A stretch of 37,104 nucleotides of DNA. It comes from Trueperaceae bacterium. Lineage in GTDB: Bacteria; Deinococcota; Deinococci; Deinococcales; Trueperaceae. Position 1 is the first letter of the stretch. Each line of letters opens with the position of its first letter. The translations under genes and the position numbers were made by a program. Below the pieces are notes generated by a model. The model had not been told where the DNA came from and made no database searches. It saw only the letters and a list, made by a program, of their open reading frames with translations. Positions 21,526 to 30,729 of this stretch are shown piece after piece. Where the stretch lies: assembly GCA_035703635.1 (NCBI GenBank), contig DASSXV010000035.1, forward strand, positions 1 to 37,104, in the 5' to 3' direction.

Positions 21526-23352
21526 ATGAAGTTCGAGTTCGACGTTGTCGTCATCGGTGGCGGGCATGCAGGCATCGAGGCAGCGGTTGCCGCCGGCCGC
21601 CTGGGTTCACGTACCGCCATGGTCCTGCCGAACCCAGACAAGATCGGGGTCATGCCTTGTAACCCTGCCATCGGTGGGCCAGGCAAGTCGCAACTCGTGT
21701 ACGAGCTGCATGCGCTGGGTGGCGTTATGGGGCGGCTAGCCGACCAGACCGCCATCCATACCCGCACGTTGAACGCCTCGAAAGGCGCAGCCGTTCAGTC
21801 ATTGCGCGTGCAGAACGAACGTGACGGCTATGCTGCGGCAGCCAAGTCCTTGGTAGAGAACCAGCCTGGCGTCGAGATCGTGCGGGCGGAGGCGGCGGAG
21901 ATTCTCACTGAAAACGGCGTGGTAGTCGGCGTTTCCACGACCGACGGTCGCGTTCTGGCGTCACCCACGGTCGTGCTTTGCACGGGGACGTTCCTGGCCG
22001 GCGTCGTGTGGTACGGCACGCGGCAACGGCCGGCGGGGAGGCAGGGCGAGGCTCCAGCTCGGCACCTGTCCGCGTCGCTGCGCGCTACCGGGCACGACCT
22101 GATCCGCCTGAAAACTGGGACCCCGCCGCGCATCCGGGCTGATTCCGTGGACCTCAGCGTGCTTCAGGAAGTCCCATCGGACGACCCACCCCGCACTTTC
22201 AGTGGCGTGCCCGGGCCTCGCATGACGAGCACCCCTACCTGGCTTACCCGGACGACGTCGGCCACACATGCGCTCATTCATGAGCATCTGGGCGAGTCGG
22301 CCATGTACAGCGGCGAGATAGAGGGCACCGGGCCGCGTTACTGCCCATCTATCGAAGACAAGGTCGTGCGCTTTTCCGACAAGGACCAGCACCTCTTGTT
22401 CGTTGAACCGGACGGGCTAGACACGAGCGAGCTTTACCTGCAGGGACTGTCGAGCTCGATGCCGCCTCAGGTGCAGGACCTGATGATCAAGACGCTTCCA
22501 GGTTTTGAGCGAGCAGCGATTCACCGTTATGCCTACGCCGTCGAGTACGACGCGCTCGACCCTGCGCAGCTTGACGTGACTCTTATGTCCCGCAAGTTGC
22601 CAGGGCTCTTCTCCGCCGGCCAAATCAACGGTACTAGCGGGTATGAGGAGGCCGCAGCGCAAGGGCTCATAGCTGGCATCAACGCCGCTCGACACGCTGC
22701 CGGCATGAGCCGAGTTACGGTGCGCCGCGACCAGGGCTACCTTGGCGTCATGCTCGATGACCTAGTGCGCTGGGGCATCGAGGAGCCGTACCGCATGCTC
22801 ACCTCGCGGAACGAGTACCGGCTCCTGCACCGCCAAGACAACGCGAACGAGCGCCTGATGGGAGTCGGAAACGAGTGGGGCCTGGTCCCTGACGCCGCTC
22901 TGGCCCGGCACCAGGCCTCTGAAGAGCGCGTACAGCGCGAATTGCGGCGGCTGGGCAGCTCCCGCCATGGCGGCGACCTGGCCACGACCATGCTGTGTCG
23001 TCCAGGCGTCGAGTACGCTGCAGTGACCGACCTCGTGGGCAGCGCCGCCGACGACCTAACGCAAGATGAGGTTGAGCGGGTCGTAACGCTGGTGCGCTAC
23101 GCGGCTTACATCGAGCGCGCACGCAAGCAGCTTGATGGTAGGGCGGCATACGAGAAGGTGAGCCTCGAGGGAGTCGATCTCGAGCACGTCGCTAGCTTGT
23201 CGACGGAAGGACTCCAGGCGCTGCGCCGCGCAGCCCCGCTCACGCTCGGCGCCGCTCAGCGCGTGCGTGGTGTGCGAGACAGCGACGTGGCGGCGCTGCT
23301 GGTTCACCTTCGCGGTCGGCGTCAACCAGCCCACCACGCCTTGGTCGGATAG
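21526..23352 (+). CDS. mnmG: tRNA uridine 5-carboxymethylaminomethyl modification enzyme MnmG (GidA)
   Basis: VIGGGHAGIEAA, MPCNPAIGGPGK, RLKTGTPPR, GPRYCPSIEDK, AGQINGTSGYEEAAAQG, EPYRMLTSR. Confidence 0.98.
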   Translation: MKFEFDVVVIGGGHAGIEAAVAAGRLGSRTAMVLPNPDKIGVMPCNPAIGGPGKSQLVYELHALGGVMGRLADQTAIHTRTLNASKGAAVQSLRVQNERDGYAAAAKSLVENQPGVEIVRAEAAEILTENGVVVGVSTTDGRVLASPTVVLCTGTFLAGVVWYGTRQRPAGRQGEAPARHLSASLRATGHDLIRLKTGTPPRIRADSVDLSVLQEVPSDDPPRTFSGVPGPRMTSTPTWLTRTTSATHALIHEHLGESAMYSGEIEGTGPRYCPSIEDKVVRFSDKDQHLLFVEPDGLDTSELYLQGLSSSMPPQVQDLMIKTLPGFERAAIHRYAYAVEYDALDPAQLDVTLMSRKLPGLFSAGQINGTSGYEEAAAQGLIAGINAARHAAGMSRVTVRRDQGYLGVMLDDLVRWGIEEPYRMLTSRNEYRLLHRQDNANERLMGVGNEWGLVPDAALARHQASEERVQRELRRLGSSRHGGDLATTMLCRPGVEYAAVTDLVGSAADDLTQDEVERVVTLVRYAAYIERARKQLDGRAAYEKVSLEGVDLEHVASLSTEGLQALRRAAPLTLGAAQRVRGVRDSDVAALLVHLRGRRQPAHHALVG

Positions 23353-23358
23353 CGAGAA

Positions 23359-23374
23359 TGTTTCACGTGAAACA
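23359..23374. promoter_or_regulatory. parS: parS centromere-like site (ParB binding)
   Basis: TGTTTCACGTGAAACA, a perfect 16-bp consensus palindrome, near parAB and about 4 kb from oriC. Confidence 0.95.
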
Positions 23375-23509
23375 ATCGAGAGAAGCGCCGTTGGGGACGT
23401 CGTTAACTGCGGCTAGGGCGGTCGCGGATGTACCGTTTGGTGGCTCGTATCGCTGCGCCTTCCCGCATTCCGCGCAGCCGCCCTGCGCTGCCGCACGGCC
23501 GGTTCTGAC

Positions 23510-24169
23510 GTGAGTGAAGTAGCGGTTCCTGCCGCAGTCACCGAGCAGCTTGCTCGCTACCAGGCGCTGGTCGAGCGCTATCACGGCACCCTCGACCTGA
23601 TCTCACCGAGCGGGCTGGCAGAATTCGATCGCTACTTGGCCGAGGGCATGCGCTACGCGGCGCTCATCGAGCGTTTGGCTGGACAGAGGCCACACGTGGT
23701 CGACGTCGGTTCAGGTGTCGGCCTTCCCGGCGTGGTCATCGCTACCGCGCTACGGGAGGCCACCGTCTACTTGGTGGAGCGGCGTAGCAGGCGCGCGGCC
23801 TTCCTCGAGCTGGTCGTGGCACAACTCGGGCTGACGAACGCCCGCGTGGTGGTTGGCGACGTGCGCCACTTGAATGGAGTGAGTGCCGACGTCGTAACCG
23901 CCCAGGCCGTAGCAGGACTCGTCGACCTAGTTAAACTCACCGACTCCGTCAGGGCCCACCCTTGCTGGCTCGTGTCGCGGCGTGGAGACGGCTGGCGGGA
24001 TGGGCTGGCAGACGTGGCCAACGCACTCGGCCCAGCGGTAACCCCGACAGGGACGTCAGCCGAGAACACCTTGGCAATCGCCGATGTCGTGGAGGAGAGC
24101 CTCGAACCTCATGGTAGCCTCGTCGCTATCAAGCTCCCCGGAGGTTCTGCGTGCCGATCATCGGCGTGA
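23510..24169 (+). CDS. rsmG: 16S rRNA m7G527 methyltransferase RsmG (GidB)
   Basis: VDVGSGVGLPG SAM motif, LVERRSRRAAFL, VTAQAV; between mnmG and parA. Confidence 0.9.
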   Translation: MSEVAVPAAVTEQLARYQALVERYHGTLDLISPSGLAEFDRYLAEGMRYAALIERLAGQRPHVVDVGSGVGLPGVVIATALREATVYLVERRSRRAAFLELVVAQLGLTNARVVVGDVRHLNGVSADVVTAQAVAGLVDLVKLTDSVRAHPCWLVSRRGDGWRDGLADVANALGPAVTPTGTSAENTLAIADVVEESLEPHGSLVAIKLPGGSACRSSA

Positions 24170-24909
24170 TCAACCAGAAGGGCGGCGTCGGCAAGACCAC
24201 CACAGCGGTCAACTTGTCCGCGGCGTTAGCAGCCAAACGCCGCATTCTGCTAGCCGACCTCGACCCGCAAGCCAACGCCAGTAGCGGTGTGGGCGTAACC
24301 GCGCCGGAGCGCACCATCTACGACGTCGTCGCGGGCCGCGTCTCCGCGCGCCATGCGGTATGCAGCACGAGCACTCCGAACCTCGACCTACTGGCGTCTT
24401 CAGCCGACCTAGCTGGCGTGCAGGTCGAGGTCGACGCTGGCCGCGAGAACATGCGCCTGCTAGCTCGCGGGTTGACGGGCGTGAGGCCTAACTACGACTT
24501 CGTGATCGTTGACGCCCCACCTTCGATGGGCATCCTCACCCTTAACGCGCTCGCAGCCGCCGACCTACTGATCGTGCCGTTGCAGACGGAGTATTACGCC
24601 CTAGAGGGAATCGCCTCGATGATGGACACCATCGAACGCGTCCGTGGCTCGGTCAACCCCGACCTGCAGATCCTCGGGATTCTGCTTACGATGTTCGACG
24701 GCCGCACCAGGCTATCGAACGAGGTCGAGGAGAACGTACGCAAGCACTTCGGAGACCTCGTTTTCAGCACCATCATCCCGCGCACGGTGCGGCTCGCGGA
24801 GGCGCCGTCGTACGGTCAATCAGTGCTTGCCTACGCGCCAACGTCCCAAGGTGCAGTAGCTTACGAAGCGTTAGCCGAGGAGGTGATCCTACGTGTCAGC
24901 CAAGCCTAG
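24151..24909 (+). CDS. parA: Chromosome partitioning ATPase ParA/Soj
   Basis: NQKGGVGKTTT, DLDPQANAS, VDAPPS, QTEYYALEG, VRLAEAPSYG. Confidence 0.97.
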   Translation: MPIIGVINQKGGVGKTTTAVNLSAALAAKRRILLADLDPQANASSGVGVTAPERTIYDVVAGRVSARHAVCSTSTPNLDLLASSADLAGVQVEVDAGRENMRLLARGLTGVRPNYDFVIVDAPPSMGILTLNALAAADLLIVPLQTEYYALEGIASMMDTIERVRGSVNPDLQILGILLTMFDGRTRLSNEVEENVRKHFGDLVFSTIIPRTVRLAEAPSYGQSVLAYAPTSQGAVAYEALAEEVILRVSQA

Positions 24910-25714
24910 GGGTCTTGGGCGGGGCCTAGATGCCCTCCTCCCGAAAGTCGACAAGGGCGGCGTGCAGCAGCTGCAAATCGGCCAGCTCACCCCCTCGCCA
25001 TTTCAACCGCGGCAGAAGCTCGATGAGGCCGGCATCGCCGAGCTCGCCGACTCCATCGCTAGCAAGGGCGTCATCCAACCCATCGTGGCGCGGCCGGTTG
25101 CCGATGGCTACGAGATAGTGGCTGGCGAACGGCGCTTCAGGGCAGCTCAGCGTGCGGGCCTCAAGACCATCCCCGCTATCGTCAAGGAGCTCAACGACCA
25201 GGAAACGCTCGAGATCGCCATCGTCGAGAACCTCCAGCGTGAGGACCTCAACGCCATGGAGGAAGCACGGGCCTTCAAACTGCTCCTCGACTTCGGCATG
25301 AACCAGGAGCGCGTCGCAGAGGCCGTCGGCAAGAGCCGCAGCGCCATCGCCAACACCCTTAGGCTCCTTGCCCTCCCACAAGCGGCACAGGACGGCATCG
25401 AGTCCGGCTTGATCGCGGCCGGGCACGCTCGCGCCATCCTCGCTCAGCCAGAGGGGGACCGCGAGTGGGCGTTCAACGAGATCGTCCGCCTCGGCCTCAC
25501 GGTCCGCGACTCCGAGCGCCTCAAGCGCCCTAGCGCCAAGGCAGAGCGCCGTAAGGCCGCTGGCCGCTACGTCAAGTTGGAGGAGGACCTCAGCCGTTTC
25601 GCCGGTACGCGCGTGAAAGTGGCTGGCAGCGGCAAGAAGGGCCGAATAGAACTCCACTTCCATAACGAGGATGAACTTCAGAGACTCTTGGAACTGCTCG
25701 GTTACGAAGGCTAA
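24893..25714 (+). CDS. parB: Chromosome partitioning protein ParB/Spo0J
   Basis: GLGRGLDALL, QPR, IVAGERRFRAA, ENLQREDL, GKSRSAIANTLRLL, GHARA. Confidence 0.97.
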   Translation: MSAKPRGLGRGLDALLPKVDKGGVQQLQIGQLTPSPFQPRQKLDEAGIAELADSIASKGVIQPIVARPVADGYEIVAGERRFRAAQRAGLKTIPAIVKELNDQETLEIAIVENLQREDLNAMEEARAFKLLLDFGMNQERVAEAVGKSRSAIANTLRLLALPQAAQDGIESGLIAAGHARAILAQPEGDREWAFNEIVRLGLTVRDSERLKRPSAKAERRKAAGRYVKLEEDLSRFAGTRVKVAGSGKKGRIELHFHNEDELQRLLELLGYEG

Positions 25715-25908
25715 CGACCGTAAGGTAAGCCCCTAATAGCTGCGTACTCTGTCAGCCTGTCCCGACCTTTGTCCTACAGCGCACGGTGATACGATGCTGT
25801 CAAAGAGCCGACTGGCACGTGTTCCAGGCGGTTCTCACCACGGTGACGCACGCGGAGCCGTTGTCTTGAGGCAGCCGTACCGCGGTCGCACCGAACAGAG
25901 GTGACGTC

Positions 25909-26883
25909 ATGAAGCAACCCGTACGCGTCGCAGTCACTGGTGCCGCAGGCCAGATCGGCTACGCGCTGCTGTTCCGCATCGCATCCGGCGCCATGCTAGG
26001 CCCGGACCAGCCCGTGATCTTGCAGCTACTCGAGATCACACCGGCGCTCAAGGCGCTGAGCGGCGTGGTCATGGAACTAGACGACTGCGCGTTTCCGCTA
26101 CTGCACGGGGTAGTTGCCACCGACGACCCCGCCGTGGCGTTCAAGGACGCAGACTATGCGCTGCTCGTCGGCTCGCGGCCCCGCGGCCCAGGCATGGAGC
26201 GCAAGGACCTGCTCCAGGCCAACGGCGCCATCTTCACCGTGCAAGGCAAGGCCATCAACGACCATGCTTCGCGCAACGTGAAGGTCCTCGTCGTCGGCAA
26301 CCCGGCCAACACCAACTGCCTCATCGCCATGCGCAACGCGCCCGACCTCAAACCGGAACAGTTCAGCGCCATGACGCGCCTCGATCACAACCGCGCAAAG
26401 AGCCAACTCGCCGCCAAAGTCGGGGCCAAGGTGGCAGAGGTGCGCCAGATGACGATCTGGGGCAACCACTCCAACACGCAGGTGCCCGACGTTAGCCACG
26501 CAACCGTGTCGGGCCGCGCAGCTGCCGAGCTCGTCGAAGCCGCCTGGGTAAACGACGTCTTCGTGCCGACGGTGCAGAAGCGCGGCGCAGCCATCATCGA
26601 TGCCCGCGGCGCCTCGAGCGCGGCCTCGGCCGCCAACGCTGCCATCGACCACATGCACGACTGGGCGCTAGGTACTGCCGCCGACGACTGGGTGAGCATG
26701 GGCATTCCGAGCGGCGCATACGGCGTGGCGGAAGGCATCGTCTACTCCTACCCGGTGACGGTACAGGGCGGCAAGGTAACCGTGGTCGAGGGCCTGGCCG
26801 TCGGCGACGAGGTAAGGCGCCGCATGCAGGTGACCGAGGCCGAACTGCGCGAAGAGCGGGAGGCCGTCGAGGACCTCCTGTAA
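25909..26883 (+). CDS. mdh: Malate dehydrogenase (type 2, Thermus-like)
   Basis: [56 protein letters not shown]. Confidence 0.97.
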   Translation: MKQPVRVAVTGAAGQIGYALLFRIASGAMLGPDQPVILQLLEITPALKALSGVVMELDDCAFPLLHGVVATDDPAVAFKDADYALLVGSRPRGPGMERKDLLQANGAIFTVQGKAINDHASRNVKVLVVGNPANTNCLIAMRNAPDLKPEQFSAMTRLDHNRAKSQLAAKVGAKVAEVRQMTIWGNHSNTQVPDVSHATVSGRAAAELVEAAWVNDVFVPTVQKRGAAIIDARGASSAASAANAAIDHMHDWALGTAADDWVSMGIPSGAYGVAEGIVYSYPVTVQGGKVTVVEGLAVGDEVRRRMQVTEAELREEREAVEDLL

Positions 26884-26975
26884 GCGGATACGTAGGTCGC
26901 AGTCCAACCGAGAACGACTGGCGCTGCGACCTGGTATTCTTGGACATGGAGGGCGGAGTTCTCCACGGCGATAAG

Positions 26976-27001
26976 TCGGAGTCATTCCGACATGCTATTA
27001 T
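26976..27001 (+). promoter_or_regulatory. Operator palindrome and extended -10 upstream of the Fur-family gene
   Basis: TCGGAGTCATTCCGA (26976-26990), followed by TGcTATTAT (26993-27001). Confidence 0.6.
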
Positions 27002-27050
27002 CGGGCCGCAGGGGAGCGCGAAGCACCCGCCGGAGAGGTCACTGAAAGTT

Positions 27051-27536
27051 ATGGCTCACAACCCTGAACGCGAACTTGGCAACGGCGGCGAGCACGCTCA
27101 CAAGAGCGATGCGCGCGACGTTCTCAAGGAGCGCGGACTCCGTTACAGCAGGCCGCGAGAGGTCATCCTCACGTTCCTCCTCGAAGAGGACCGCCACGTG
27201 AGTGCCGAGAGCCTCTATCTCGACCTCAAACACCGAGGTGAAGACCTCAGCCTCTCAACGGTTTACCTGAACCTCTCCGCCCTGGCCGAGGCCGGGCTGG
27301 TGAGGGAGTTCAGGGGGGCAACGGGCCAGTCGCTGTACGACAGCAACGTCAGCCCGCACTACCACGTGGTCTGCCCGACGACGGGCGAGGTGCAGGACGT
27401 GCCTGCGCCGCTGATCAACGGGGTGCCGCTCAGCCGCTTCCTCAAGGATTACGTCGAGGAGCAGACGGGTTGGGTCGTCGACGAGCCGCGTTTCAGCCTC
27501 ACCGGTAGGCCGCCGAGCGGCGGCGCGCAGGACTGA
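27051..27536 (+). CDS. Fur-family transcriptional regulator, PerR-like
   Basis: GLRYSRPREVIL, HVSAESLY, SLSTVYLNL, YDSNVSPHYHVVC...VQDV (PerR-type H/D ligands). ATG 27051 preferred over the longer ORF because it lies downstream of the promoter. Confidence 0.88.
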   Translation: MAHNPERELGNGGEHAHKSDARDVLKERGLRYSRPREVILTFLLEEDRHVSAESLYLDLKHRGEDLSLSTVYLNLSALAEAGLVREFRGATGQSLYDSNVSPHYHVVCPTTGEVQDVPAPLINGVPLSRFLKDYVEEQTGWVVDEPRFSLTGRPPSGGAQD

Positions 27537-27615
27537 GCGAGTCGCAGGCGCGAAACCAACGTAGTAACCTCTCCACAGACTGGCCAGTTCCAGCCGCGAT
27601 CAGCGAAGGGGTCAC

Positions 27616-28497
27616 GTGGAGACCAACGACGGCGCCCACCACGGCGAAGCGGTACTGATTCGAGAGCTGACGAGCCACGATGACCTGCTCGAGGTCGAGC
27701 AGATTCAACGTGAGGTCTGGGGCATGGACGATCTGGAGATCGTGCCAGCGGCCCAAGTTAGGGCCGTGCTGCACGCCGGCGGGCAGCTCGCGGGGGCGTT
27801 TCTCGGCGAGCGAATGGTCGGGTTCTCGTACGGCTTCCTGGCCCGGCCGCACGGGCGCGGCATGCACGGCCTCGGCCTGCACTCTCACATGGTGGCAGTC
27901 AGGCAAGAGGCGCGGGGTCGCGGGGTAGGACAGGCGCTCAAATGGGATCAACGCGCCTGGTGCCTCGAGCACGGCCTGCCTTGGCTCACATGGACATTCG
28001 ATCCGCTCCAAGCGCGCAACGCGAACCTCAACTTCAGGCACCTCGGCGCCATCGGTGCCGAGTACCTACCCAACTTCTACGGACCGATGGGCGGCTCTCT
28101 TGGAGGCGGCCAACAGACGGACAGGCTGCTGGCGCTGTGGCTACTGGACGAGCCGGAGGTCGCCAGCCTAGCCCAAGGGGCGGCCCCCGCCGAAGTCGAC
28201 GCCGGCGGGGCAGTGTGGGCGCTGCGAGCAGCGGGGACGGGCCCACTCGCGGAGCCTCTGCCGCAAGAACTGGACGGCGCCATGGTCGCTAGCGGCACGC
28301 CCTTCTTGGTGACGATGCCGAGCGACGTCACGCTCCTCCTCGCACGCGCACCGGAGCTAGCGACGAGGTGGAGGGCCGCGCTCGGGAGCGTCATGATCAC
28401 GCTCTTCGCGTCAGGCTATGCAGCGACGCGGGTGGTCGCTGGGGCCTATCTGCTAACCCGACTATCAGCGAATGACAAAGCCGAGTTGAGAAGATAG
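27616..28497 (+). CDS. GNAT-family acyltransferase (COG3375-like; related to amino-acid N-succinyltransferases)
   Basis: IQREVWG, LHSHMVAV, RGRGVGQALK, WTFDPLQARNANLN, NFYG, TDRL. Confidence 0.8.
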   Translation: METNDGAHHGEAVLIRELTSHDDLLEVEQIQREVWGMDDLEIVPAAQVRAVLHAGGQLAGAFLGERMVGFSYGFLARPHGRGMHGLGLHSHMVAVRQEARGRGVGQALKWDQRAWCLEHGLPWLTWTFDPLQARNANLNFRHLGAIGAEYLPNFYGPMGGSLGGGQQTDRLLALWLLDEPEVASLAQGAAPAEVDAGGAVWALRAAGTGPLAEPLPQELDGAMVASGTPFLVTMPSDVTLLLARAPELATRWRAALGSVMITLFASGYAATRVVAGAYLLTRLSANDKAELRR

Positions 28498-28507
28498 AAA
28501 ACCGCAC

Positions 28508-28536
28508 TTGACAAACTGATAACCTGGCCCTATCAT
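28508..28536 (+). promoter_or_regulatory. Near-consensus sigma70 promoter
   Basis: TTGACA, 17 nt, TATCAT; overlapped by the inverted repeat TGATA-N9-TATCA (28517-28535). Confidence 0.8.
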
Positions 28537-28555
28537 CTACTCAAGGAGGCCAGAC

Positions 28556-28780
28556 GTGAACTCGTACTTAGATCTACGCCGCGCCGAGCAACGCCCGATC
28601 GAACTCAGAGCAGAAGCAGCGAACGACCACCTGGCGCGCAGCGTGATGGTGCCAGTGACGGCGCGACTGGCCAGGCAACTACACGCACTGGCGGCACGGC
28701 TCGACCACATGCAGCGCCGCGGCACCGAAAGCGGCGTAGTGCTCGAAGAGTTGCGCCAAGCCGTCCCTTCCTTTCGCTGA
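28556..28780 (+). CDS. Small hypothetical protein (74 aa)
   Basis: AAGGAGG RBS 6 nt before GTG; directly behind the strong promoter. Confidence 0.65.
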   Translation: MNSYLDLRRAEQRPIELRAEAANDHLARSVMVPVTARLARQLHALAARLDHMQRRGTESGVVLEELRQAVPSFR

Positions 28781-28845
28781 CGGCAACGTTCGATCACGGC
28801 GGCCAGCCAGGCCGTGAACCAACACACCACCACTTAGGAGTAGAG

Positions 28846-29784
28846 ATGGATGAGCTAGAACGCGTAGCGCAGATGGTCGCCGACGGGCGCATAACTGCCG
28901 AGGAGGGCGACCGCCTGATAGCCGTCCTAAGGTCCGTGCAGGCCACGAGCGAAGAACTCGACGAGACGACGGCCCATCTAGAAGACGCCGTCCCAGCAGA
29001 GCCAGCGCCGCCACTCCCACCCCTCCCTGCGGCCCCGCCACGGGCGCCGCTCCCGCCCCTTGGTCCAACGGCCGCCGTGCCGGAAGCCGCGGCCCTTGGC
29101 AGCCCCCCAATGCAGGCGCGCACAAGCGGCAACGCCGCTGCAGACGACGATTTTGCCGCGCCTGGCACGAAGTGGGTACGAGTCGACTTGTTGGCAGGCA
29201 ACCTGACGGTAAACGTCGACCCCACGCTCACGGCGCCAGCAGGGCGCTCGGGGTCAAGCGACTTGAGCTTCGAAGCAACCTCGTACGGTTACCGCCTAGT
29301 TTCCTCCGGGCCACAGGGCATCTTCGGGGGCGTCCTAGGTAAGTTCCGCACCGGCGATTTCACGGTTAGCCTGCCTGTCGGCTTCGGCGTCGAGCTGGCC
29401 AAGACGGCCGGTGACATCGAGCTGCGAGGGGTTCCCTACCTGCGAGGCACGCTCTCGGCCGGCGACCTAGACGCTTTCGGGCTTAAAGGCGTCGACTTCA
29501 CGGCGTTGGCCGGGGACGTCTACGTCAGCCTCACCCTCACGGGGGGCCGGCACCGCGTCGACACCAAGGTGGGTGACATCGAAGCCGTCCTCCTCCCTGG
29601 GTCGAACGCCACCGTCAAGGCAGAGGTCTCAGTAGGGCAGATCTCTGCGGAAGCTCCGTTCAAGACGGAACGCAGAACGGTCGGCCAACGCACGGAAGGC
29701 GCCGTCGGCACGGGCACTGCCGCACTAGACTTGCGGGTGATGGCCGGCAGCATCGAGGTTAGGAGTGGAGTCGACGATGAGTGA
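28846..29784 (+). CDS. SHOCT-like N-terminus, Pro-rich linker and DUF4097/Toastrack-like beta-repeat domain (YvlB/LiaX-like)
   Basis: ERVAQMVADGRITAEEGDRLIAVL; repeated AGDI/AGDL/AGDV/VGDI/VGQI/AGSI strands. Confidence 0.75.
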   Translation: MDELERVAQMVADGRITAEEGDRLIAVLRSVQATSEELDETTAHLEDAVPAEPAPPLPPLPAAPPRAPLPPLGPTAAVPEAAALGSPPMQARTSGNAAADDDFAAPGTKWVRVDLLAGNLTVNVDPTLTAPAGRSGSSDLSFEATSYGYRLVSSGPQGIFGGVLGKFRTGDFTVSLPVGFGVELAKTAGDIELRGVPYLRGTLSAGDLDAFGLKGVDFTALAGDVYVSLTLTGGRHRVDTKVGDIEAVLLPGSNATVKAEVSVGQISAEAPFKTERRTVGQRTEGAVGTGTAALDLRVMAGSIEVRSGVDDE

Positions 29785-30202
29785 CTCCAACGCGGACTCA
29801 CGCAAGCGCATCCTAGACATGCTCGCGTCCGGGCGCATCTCCGTCGATGCCGCCACCGACCTCCTCAAGGCGGTCGGCAGCGCAACAGCCAAGTCGCACG
29901 AGGTGACGCCCCCCACCAAGCCGCGCGGCGGCATCCGCATGCTGCGCATCGTGGTCGACGCACCCGCCACCGGCGGGAGCTCGGGGGCCAAGGTCCGCGT
30001 CAACATCCCGCTGGCGTTGGCCAAGTACGCCGCCCGCTTCCTGCCGAGCGATGCGAGCGCCGAACTCTCCTCACAAGGCATAGACCTCGCTCAGCTCCTC
30101 AAGGACCTCGGGGACGAGGTGCCAGACGGTCGCCTCGTCGACATCGAGGCAGAGGACGACAAGGGCGGCGGCACGACGACCGTCGTCATCGAGGTCGTGT
30201 GA
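29777..30202 (+). CDS. SHOCT-like domain protein (DUF2089-associated)
   Basis: RKRILDMLASGRISVDAATDLLKAV, LRIVV, KVRVNIPLAL, GRLVDIE; overlaps the upstream stop. Confidence 0.75.
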   Translation: MSDSNADSRKRILDMLASGRISVDAATDLLKAVGSATAKSHEVTPPTKPRGGIRMLRIVVDAPATGGSSGAKVRVNIPLALAKYAARFLPSDASAELSSQGIDLAQLLKDLGDEVPDGRLVDIEAEDDKGGGTTTVVIEVV

Positions 30203-30300
30203 GCGACACGCGGCACTGCATGCCGCCGGAGTGCGGCGGCTCGAGCTCATCCCTAAGCGAGGCGGCCACGCCAGGGCGCTTGTGAAATGGAGTACTAGCA

Positions 30301-30687
30301 ATGAAGAAACTACCCATGCCAACCGCCTGCCCAGTGACCGGCGGTCCGCTCATGGTCACGCGGCTCGAGTGCGAGGACAGCGGAGTCGTGATCGAGGGGC
30401 GCTTCACCCCTAACGAGTTCGCGCTGCTGCCAAGCGATCACTTGGAGTTCCTCCGCATCTTCGTCAAGGTCCGCGGGAACCTCAAGGAAGTCGAGCGCAT
30501 CCTCGGGCTCAGCTACCCGACGGTGCGACTGCGTTTCGAGAAACTCCTCCTCTCCCTCGGTTACGAACTGGGACCAGACGTGTCGGAGGAACGCGCGAGC
30601 ATTCTCGACCAACTCGAGTCCGGTGCCATCGGAGCGGACGAGGCCTCCAAGCGCCTGCAGGCCCTCTCCAAGAAGAGTGCAACCTGA
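30301..30687 (+). CDS. DUF2089-family protein (Zn-ribbon remnant, HTH, SHOCT-like tail)
   Basis: CPVTGGPLMVTRLEC, IEGRF, RGNLKEVERILGLSYPTVR, ILDQLESGAIGADEA. Confidence 0.85.
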   Translation: MKKLPMPTACPVTGGPLMVTRLECEDSGVVIEGRFTPNEFALLPSDHLEFLRIFVKVRGNLKEVERILGLSYPTVRLRFEKLLLSLGYELGPDVSEERASILDQLESGAIGADEASKRLQALSKKSAT

Positions 30688-30729
30688 CGCTCAAGAAATG
30701 CGAGCGACCTCCGGTATACTGGCCCCCGC

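Noticed and set aside
30688-30729. CIRCE or HAIR heat-shock operator before dnaJ
   Set aside because: Only a CTCAAG half-site; no complete inverted repeat.
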